Part shown: positions 35,094-41,553 of the stretch, piece by piece
How positions within the stretch are numbered: position 1 is the stretch's first letter
Layout of the letters: each line of letters begins with the position of its first letter
Assembly (NCBI GenBank): GCA_040755995.1
Contig: JBFMAF010000025.1
Coordinates: 1 to 41,553 of the forward strand
DNA: 41,553 bases
Direction of reading: 5' to 3'
From: Acidobacteriota bacterium
GTDB lineage: Bacteria; Acidobacteriota; CAIWXX01
Notes under the pieces: model-generated
Databases searched by the model: none
Told to the model about the DNA's origin: nothing
The model's input: only the letters and a program-made list of their open reading frames with translations
Program-made: the position numbers and the translations under genes

Positions 35094-36619
35094 GATCATC
35101 CATTGGAAAGACGGGCGCAGTGCTTGCGGCCGGGCTGTTGATTGCGGCGCTGGTTATCGCGGGGTGCGCGAAGGGGGCAAAGGAAGTGACCAAGTACCAT
35201 TGCCCCATGCACCCCACGTACATATCCGACAAGCCCGGCGACTGCCCCATCTGCGGTATGCGACTTGTGCCGCTCGGGACGAAGGAGGCCCCGGCAACCG
35301 TTGCCGCCTACACCTGTCCATTGCACCCGGAGGTGACTTCGGATCAGCCCGGCACTTGCTCGAAGTGCGGCACGAAGTTGGTCCCGACAGAGCAGGTCGA
35401 GGGTTCCGGTGGAAAGGTGCCGGAGTCCAAAGGTGCTCGAAAAGTCCTCTACTACCGGAGTCCGATGGATCCCAGCGTCACATCGCCCGTTCCCGCCAAG
35501 GACTCAATGGGTATGGATTTCATCCCGGTGTACGAGGAGCAAGCTGCATCCGCCGCGGGTGCCGTCCCGGGGATGGCCGATGTCTCGATGACCGCGGAAG
35601 GCCTGCGGCTCTCGGGAGTGCTCACGGCACCGGCTGTGCGCGATCGGCTTGCGCTCAACGTGCGGACAGTCGGAATCATCACCCCGAACGAGACGCTGAT
35701 CCGGCACGTTCACACGAAAATCAGCGGATGGATCGAGAAGCTATTCGTGAACTTCACAGGTCAGATGGTCCGGAGGGGCGAACCGGTGCTGACCATCTAC
35801 TCCCCGGATCTCGTAGCCACGCAGGAGGAGTTCTTGCGCGCACTCCAGGCGGCCGATCTCTTCAGCAAGTCCGACCTGCCGGAGATCCGCAAAGGCGGCC
35901 AGGAACTGCTGGAGGGGGCTCGACGCCGCCTCGAGCTCTACGACGTCCCGGAGGATGTCATCGAAACGCTGCAACGTACGAAGGCGCCGCAGCGAACCGT
36001 CACCCTGCTCAGCAACGCCTCGGGCTACGTCACTGCGAAGGAGGTCTTCGAGGGGAAGCAGGTGGAGCCCGGGATGGAGCTGTTCACGATCACCGACCTG
36101 TCGCGAATATGGGTCGAGGCCGACCTCTATGAGTACGAGGCGCGGGCCGTAAAGGTCGGACAGATGGGAACACTCACGCTGCCCTTCGATCCTTCGCTGA
36201 CCCTCAAGGGCCGCGTTGTCTACATACTGCCCTATCTCAGCCCCGAGAGCCGGACTCTGAAGGTCCGACTCGAATTTCCGAACCTCGAGCTCAAGCTGAG
36301 GCCGGCGATGTATGCAAACGTGGAGCTGCAGGTCGATGCAGGGGTGGGAATCGTCGTTCCCGACTCGGCCGTCATGGACACCGGCGAGCGGCAGATGATC
36401 TTCGTGCAGAAAGAGGGCAACGTGTTCGAGCCGCGTGAGGTGAAAGTTGGGATACGGAGCGAGGGCAAGGCGATGGTTCTGTCGGGACTGAGTGAGGGCG
36501 AACGCGTGGCGATTCGCGCCAACTTCCTCCTCGACTCCGAGAGCCGCCTGCGGGCCGCGATCGCAGGGATGACCAGCGCGCCGCCGGCCGCGCACTCCGG
36601 ACACGGTGGCGAGAAGTAA
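35090..36619 (+). CDS. cusB: CusB-type RND periplasmic adaptor with N-terminal heavy-metal-binding domains
   Basis: YHCPMHP...PGDCPICGM, YTCPLHP...CSKCG, YRSPMDP...KDSMGM; YSPDLVATQEE; FLLDSESRL. Confidence 0.88.
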   Translation: MRSSIGKTGAVLAAGLLIAALVIAGCAKGAKEVTKYHCPMHPTYISDKPGDCPICGMRLVPLGTKEAPATVAAYTCPLHPEVTSDQPGTCSKCGTKLVPTEQVEGSGGKVPESKGARKVLYYRSPMDPSVTSPVPAKDSMGMDFIPVYEEQAASAAGAVPGMADVSMTAEGLRLSGVLTAPAVRDRLALNVRTVGIITPNETLIRHVHTKISGWIEKLFVNFTGQMVRRGEPVLTIYSPDLVATQEEFLRALQAADLFSKSDLPEIRKGGQELLEGARRRLELYDVPEDVIETLQRTKAPQRTVTLLSNASGYVTAKEVFEGKQVEPGMELFTITDLSRIWVEADLYEYEARAVKVGQMGTLTLPFDPSLTLKGRVVYILPYLSPESRTLKVRLEFPNLELKLRPAMYANVELQVDAGVGIVVPDSAVMDTGERQMIFVQKEGNVFEPREVKVGIRSEGKAMVLSGLSEGERVAIRANFLLDSESRLRAAIAGMTSAPPAAHSGHGGEK

Positions 36620-39600
36620 TGATCCAGCACATCATCGAGTTCTCCGCGAAGAACCGCATCTTTGTCCTGATGGTCGTGGCCGCACTCTGCGTGCTGGCCG
36701 GCTACATCCTCCAGGAGATCCGCCTGGACGCGCTCCCCGACCTCTCCGACACCCAGGTCATCATCTACTCGAAGTGGGACCGATCGCCCGACATCATCGA
36801 AGACCAGGTCACGTATCCGATCGTCACGGCTCTGCTTGGGGCCCCCCGCGTCAAGGCCATCAGAGCTTCGACCGATTTCGGCTTCTCCTACGTGTACGTC
36901 ATCTTCCAGGACGGCACCGACATCTACTGGGCGCGATCGCGCGTGCTCGAGTATCTTTCCAAGATCCAAACCCGGCTGCCGGAGGGGGTCCAGACCGAGC
37001 TCGGCCCGGATGCCACCGGGGTCGGATGGGTCTTCCAGTACGCGCTCCTGGATAGCTCGGGGACGCATACTCCGGACCAGCTCCGCAGCTACCAGGACTG
37101 GACGCTCCGGTACGCCATTCAGTCCGTCACCGGCGTGTCCGAGGTGGCCTCGATCGGAGGCTTCGTCAAGCAGTACCAGGTGACGGTCGATCCGAACCGG
37201 CTCGCAACTTACCAGCTCCCGTTGTCCGAGGTGATCGCGGCTATCCGGATGTCGAACAATGAAGTGGGTGGCAGGCTGCTGGAGTGGAGCGGTCGCGAGT
37301 ACATGGTGCGCGGCCGCGGATACTCCAGGTCGCTCTCCGATTTCAAACAGATCGTCGTGAAGGTCGGCCCCGGCGGCGTGCCGGTGCTCCTGCGGGACGT
37401 GGCCCAGGTCGATCTCGGTCCCGAGATCCGGCGGGGCATATCGGACCTGGACGGGCTCGGAGACACGGTCGGCGGGATCGTCGTGATGCGCCACGGCGAG
37501 AATGCGTTGAATGTAATCCGCCGGGTCAAGGACAAGCTCCGCGAGATCAAGCCGTACCTGCCCAAGGGTGTGGAAGTCGTGACCACCTACGATCGGGCGA
37601 ATCTCATTGAGCGCGCAATCGAGACGCTCAAGCACGAGCTGACGATCGAGATGATCATCGTCTCGCTGGTGATCCTCATTTTCCTATGGCACGTTCCTTC
37701 GGCTATCGTTCCGATAGTAACCATCCCGGTGTCCGTCCTGCTCTCCTTCATCCCGATGTATTACCTGGGTGTGACGGTCAACATCATGTCGCTGGCCGGA
37801 ATCGCCATCTCCATCGGCGTGCTCGTGGATGGGGCGATCGTGGAGGTGGAGAATGCATACAACAAGCTCCACTTGTGGGAAGCCGGCGGGCGAAAGGGGG
37901 ACTTCCACGCCGTCCGGCTGGAGGCTCTGAAGGAAGTCGGCCCGTCGGTCTTCTTCTCTCTTCTCGTTATCGCGGTGGCGTTCATCCCGGTCTTCGCGCT
38001 CGTGGACCAGGAGGGACGCCTCTTCAAACCGCTGGCTTACTCCAAGAACCTCGCCATGGCAATCGCCGCCATCCTGGCCATCACGCTCGATCCCGCCATG
38101 CGAATGCTGTTCACGCGGATGGATCCGATCAGCTTCCGGCCGAGATTCCTTTCCTGGTTGTCGACGAAGGTGGCCGTGGGAACTTACTATGCCGAGGAGA
38201 AACACCCGATCAGCCGCGCGATCTTCCGCGTATACGAGCCGGCATGCCGGTTCGTCCTCCGCCACCCAAAAACCATCATAGGAATTGCAATCCTCATGGT
38301 GGCCGGCAGCATCCCCTTCTACTTCAAGCTCGGAACCGAATTCATGCCGCCGCTCAACGAAGGCAGCATGCTCTACATGCCCACTACCCTGCCGGGCATC
38401 TCGGTTACACAGGCTCAGGAACTGATGCAGACGCAGGATCGAGTACTGAGGTCGTTCCCGGAGGTCGAGAGGGTTTTCGGAAAGGCCGGGCGCGCCGACA
38501 CATCCACCGATCCGGCTCCGTTCAGCATGATGGAAACCACCGTGATACTGAAGCCGCAGGACCAGTGGCGCAAGAAAGACCGATGGTACTCCCAACAGTC
38601 CCCCGAGTGGTTGAAGCCGCTCCTTCGACCGATCTGGCCCGAGTACATCTCGTGGGAAGAGCTCGTCAACGAGCTTGACGCGGCGCTTCGCATCCCCGGC
38701 GTCACCAACGCCTGGACCATGCCCATCAAGGCCCGCATCGACATGCTCACAACCGGCGTGCGCACCCCAATCGGTATCAAGATCTTCGGCCAGGACCTGA
38801 AGGAGATCGAGAAGATCGGCGAGCAACTGGAGACGGTCGTCAGGCGCATTCCGGGCACGCGGAGCGTCTACGCGGAGCGCGTCACGGGCGGGTACTTCGC
38901 CGACTTCCTGCCTCGACGCGATCAGCTCGCGCGGTACGGCCTCACGGTCGAGCAGCTCCAGGACGTCATCATGAGCGCGATAGGCGGGCAGAATATTACT
39001 ACAACTGTAGAAGGACGCGAGCGATACCCGGTCAACCTCCGCTACCCCCGCGAGCTGCGCGACGACATCGGGCGCCTACAGCGCGTGCTCGTCCCGACTC
39101 CCTCCGGCGCCCAGATACCGCTCATCCAGCTCGCGGACATCCAGCTCGTGCAGGGGCCGGCGATGATTCGCGACGAGAACGGGTTCCTCGCGGGCTACGT
39201 CTACGTCGACATCACGGGTCGCGATATCGGGAGCTACGTCGAGGAAGCCAAGAGGATCGTGCGGGAGGAGCTTGCGGTTCCCCCGGGGTATGTTCTACAG
39301 TGGAGCGGCCAGTACGAGAACATGCTGCGGGTTCGGGAACGCTTGAAGGTAGTGGTTCCCATCACACTGGGCCTCATCTTCCTACTTCTCTTCGCCAACA
39401 CTCGATCGACCTTCAAGGCGATGGTGGTCATGCTGGCGGTGCCGTTCTCCGCGATCGGGGCCATCTGGCTATTCTATTTCCTGGACTACAACGTCTCGAT
39501 CGCAGCCTGGGTGGGGATGATCGCCCTGCTCGGTCTCGATGCCGAGACCGGTGTCTTCATGTTGCTGTTCCTGGATCTCTCACACGATGATGCCAAGAGG

Positions 39601-39897
39601 CGGGGGGCTTTGAGATCCCCCGCCGATCTGGACGAGGCGATCGTCCACGGCGCAGTCAAGCGCGCGCGGCCGAAGATGATGACGGTGTGCGCGGCGTTCA
39701 TGGGCCTCGTCCCGATCATGTGGTCCACATCGGCCGGGGCCGACGTAATGAAACGAATCGCCGCGCCCATGATCGGCGGCCTCGTCACATCGTTCCTGCT
39801 GGAGCTGCTCGTCTACCCGGCAATTTACAAACTGTGGAAGCTGAGGGAGATTCCGAAGGAGGCGGTGGTGGCGCCGGCCCTGCCGACACAGCTGTGA
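36619..39897 (+). CDS. cusA: CusA/CzcA heavy-metal RND transporter (Cu/Ag type)
   Basis: LDALPDLSDTQVI, LGPDATGVGWV, FMPPLNEG..LYMP, TDPAPFSMMET, RPKMMT, APMIGG. Confidence 0.93.
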   Translation: MIQHIIEFSAKNRIFVLMVVAALCVLAGYILQEIRLDALPDLSDTQVIIYSKWDRSPDIIEDQVTYPIVTALLGAPRVKAIRASTDFGFSYVYVIFQDGTDIYWARSRVLEYLSKIQTRLPEGVQTELGPDATGVGWVFQYALLDSSGTHTPDQLRSYQDWTLRYAIQSVTGVSEVASIGGFVKQYQVTVDPNRLATYQLPLSEVIAAIRMSNNEVGGRLLEWSGREYMVRGRGYSRSLSDFKQIVVKVGPGGVPVLLRDVAQVDLGPEIRRGISDLDGLGDTVGGIVVMRHGENALNVIRRVKDKLREIKPYLPKGVEVVTTYDRANLIERAIETLKHELTIEMIIVSLVILIFLWHVPSAIVPIVTIPVSVLLSFIPMYYLGVTVNIMSLAGIAISIGVLVDGAIVEVENAYNKLHLWEAGGRKGDFHAVRLEALKEVGPSVFFSLLVIAVAFIPVFALVDQEGRLFKPLAYSKNLAMAIAAILAITLDPAMRMLFTRMDPISFRPRFLSWLSTKVAVGTYYAEEKHPISRAIFRVYEPACRFVLRHPKTIIGIAILMVAGSIPFYFKLGTEFMPPLNEGSMLYMPTTLPGISVTQAQELMQTQDRVLRSFPEVERVFGKAGRADTSTDPAPFSMMETTVILKPQDQWRKKDRWYSQQSPEWLKPLLRPIWPEYISWEELVNELDAALRIPGVTNAWTMPIKARIDMLTTGVRTPIGIKIFGQDLKEIEKIGEQLETVVRRIPGTRSVYAERVTGGYFADFLPRRDQLARYGLTVEQLQDVIMSAIGGQNITTTVEGRERYPVNLRYPRELRDDIGRLQRVLVPTPSGAQIPLIQLADIQLVQGPAMIRDENGFLAGYVYVDITGRDIGSYVEEAKRIVREELAVPPGYVLQWSGQYENMLRVRERLKVVVPITLGLIFLLLFANTRSTFKAMVVMLAVPFSAIGAIWLFYFLDYNVSIAAWVGMIALLGLDAETGVFMLLFLDLSHDDAKRRGALRSPADLDEAIVHGAVKRARPKMMTVCAAFMGLVPIMWSTSAGADVMKRIAAPMIGGLVTSFLLELLVYPAIYKLWKLREIPKEAVVAPALPTQL

Positions 39898-39955
39898 CAT
39901 GCACAGAACTGCGGAGATTGCCCGGGGGCGCAATCGACGCTGAGGAGAACACATA

Positions 39956-40378
39956 ATGAGGAGCACCCTGATTTGCGCCGCCGCCCTGCTGGTCGCGATA
40001 TCGAGCTTTGGACTGACGGAGGAGAAGCGCCAGACCAAGTGCCCGGTCATGGGAGGCGACGTCGACCCCGCCACGAGCATTCGAATGGACTACCAGGGGC
40101 AGCGAATCTATTTCTGCTGCGCCGGCTGTCCGTCGAAGTTCAAGGCCGATCCGGAAAAGTACTTCGCCAAGCTGGCCGCCGAAGGAATCGCGCTGGAGAA
40201 CATACAGGCGGCCTGCCCGGTGACGGGAGATGCGCTAAAGAAGAGGGACGCATTCACCGACTACAAAGGGCGCCGCGTGTACTTCTGCTGCAAGGACTGC
40301 GTTTCCGCTTTCGAGAAGAATCCTCCGAAGTACCTGCAGCAGCTGAACCCGATCTCAGATAAGTCGAAGGCTTCGTAG
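39956..40378 (+). CDS. exported protein with two YHS/TRASH-like domains
   Basis: CPVMG...YQGQRIYFCCAGCPSKF..DPEKY and CPVTG...YKGRRVYFCCKDC...F..NP.KY. Confidence 0.88.
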   Translation: MRSTLICAAALLVAISSFGLTEEKRQTKCPVMGGDVDPATSIRMDYQGQRIYFCCAGCPSKFKADPEKYFAKLAAEGIALENIQAACPVTGDALKKRDAFTDYKGRRVYFCCKDCVSAFEKNPPKYLQQLNPISDKSKAS

Positions 40379-40423
40379 TCGAAATTACATTCGATGGAAC
40401 ACAATCAAGAAAGGAGACTCAAG

Positions 40424-40804
40424 GTGAAAAGAGTTGGATATGCATTGGCAGCAGGGATAATTGCGATATCGCTGGGCGCTACGGTGCTGGCGCACGAAGG
40501 TGAAATGCATGGTGGCGAACAGGCGCAAATGGTGACCGTGACCGGTGAGGTGATCGACCTCGTGTGCTACATCGACCACGGCGCCGTGGGGGAGAAGCAC
40601 CTTAGTTGCGCGAAGACGTGCATCGAGAGCGGACTGCCAGTGGGGATCAAGGGTACCGACGGCAAGACGTACATGGTCGTGGGTGAGCACAAGCCCATCA
40701 ACCAGGCCCTGGCCCCGTTGGCCGCGAAGACAATCACGGTGCGCGGCAAGCTAGTGAGCCGTGATGGATTCAACCTGCTGGAAAACGTCGAGATCGTGAA
40801 GTAG
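40424..40804 (+). CDS. exported hypothetical Cys/His-motif protein
   Basis: GTG after AAGGAG; signal peptide; HEGEMHGG; GEVID..CY..H....H..CA..C...GLP. Confidence 0.8.
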   Translation: MKRVGYALAAGIIAISLGATVLAHEGEMHGGEQAQMVTVTGEVIDLVCYIDHGAVGEKHLSCAKTCIESGLPVGIKGTDGKTYMVVGEHKPINQALAPLAAKTITVRGKLVSRDGFNLLENVEIVK

Positions 40805-40811
40805 GCGTGCG

Positions 40812-41342
40812 ATGGAGGCCCTCGGCCTGTTCCTCAAGCACCTCAGGCAACCCGAGTACGTCCATGTCCTGCTGAACCCGCTCCCCGTCTACGGCCTCGC
40901 CATGGGTGTCGTGGGAATGGTCGTGGCGTTCATCCTGCGCGAGCGTCGTGCCATGGCGGTGGCGCTAGCGGTAGTTTTCGTGGGAGCGCTGTCGGCCTGG
41001 CCCGTCGTATTCTCAGGGCACCGGGGGTATGACCGCGTCTATGCCATGTCGGGCGAGGACGCACAGCAGTGGCTGGATGTTCACGAGGAGCGGGCCGAAT
41101 CGTTCCTACCCCTCTACCTGACCACGGCGGCGCTCGCCGCCGTGGCATTTTTCTCTCAGCTGAAGTGGCCGCGCCTCGGCAAGCCCGTGACGTGGCTGGT
41201 TCTGCTCCTCGCCCTCGCTTCGCTGGGCGCGGGCGGCTGGATCAGCCAGGCCGGCGGCCAGGTGCGCCACTCGGAATTCCGGGACGGACCTCCGCCCGCT
41301 GATGCTGCGGCGGGCCACGAGGAGGAGCACCAGGCGCGTTAG
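40812..41342 (+). CDS. DUF2231-like four-TM membrane protein
   Basis: HVLLNPLP, HEERA, GGQVRHSE; His-rich tail. Confidence 0.75.
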   Translation: MEALGLFLKHLRQPEYVHVLLNPLPVYGLAMGVVGMVVAFILRERRAMAVALAVVFVGALSAWPVVFSGHRGYDRVYAMSGEDAQQWLDVHEERAESFLPLYLTTAALAAVAFFSQLKWPRLGKPVTWLVLLLALASLGAGGWISQAGGQVRHSEFRDGPPPADAAAGHEEEHQAR

Positions 41343-41553
41343 GACGCATTTTGAGACCACATGCTGCCGGTGCGCGAGTGCAGCAGCCGTGTGTCTAACG
41401 GCCTCATGTCGGATTTCGGATTCCGGGAGGCCGCGCCCCGCTAGGCGCGTTAGCGCCTAGTTTTGGACAACATGTTGTCGATACTGGGTGGTAGTTGGAG
41501 ATCACGTCAGGGCCATGGTGGCGAAGGTTTCACGGAGTTCGTTGCGGAGGTTG

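Noticed and set aside
571..38826. Many long alternative-frame or antisense ORFs (e.g. 571-1848, 12385-13494, 22070-23368, 29945-31324, 36232-37635)
   Set aside because: They overlap well-supported genes, lack family motifs and are expected in GC-rich DNA with few off-frame stops
1..41553. tRNA/rRNA genes, integrases, transposases or prophage genes
   Set aside because: None recognisable in the sequence or ORF track

Overview
GC-rich bacterial genomic window from a diderm (outer-membrane barrel and TolC genes present). The secreted proteins hint at Acidobacteriota or a related lineage, but that is only inference. Most of the window is housekeeping, envelope and secreted-protein genes: beta-propeller protein, tandem TusE/DsrC protein + cysE, metallophosphoesterase, beta-helix/PKD/CARDB surface protein, lipid kinase, M49 peptidase, isocitrate/isopropylmalate-family dehydrogenase, hybrid histidine kinase, nfo, GlcD-like oxidase, sulfatase-like protein, dedA, B12 radical SAM, methyltransferase, nadD. 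A CusCBA-type heavy-metal efflux operon with a predicted sigma-54 promoter lies at the right end. The standout is a compact minus-strand locus at 14116-18808 that reads as a stand-alone type III secretion (injectisome) filament module with its own divergent FliA-type sigma factor. Gene order: small ORF, sigma-28-like factor, Gly/Met/Gln-rich protein with a needle-like C-terminus, SycD/LcrH-like chaperone, YscE/CdsE-like, SctF-like needle, YscG/CdsG-like TPR, SctI-like inner rod. No basal-body, export-gate or ATPase genes are in the window. Also notable: a diverged copy of the lipid-kinase 3' end bracketing the surface-protein gene, hairpins around the needle gene, and several intergenic 7/8-mer tandem repeats plus a GTAG REP. 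All family calls come from motif recognition by eye; no database searches were run.
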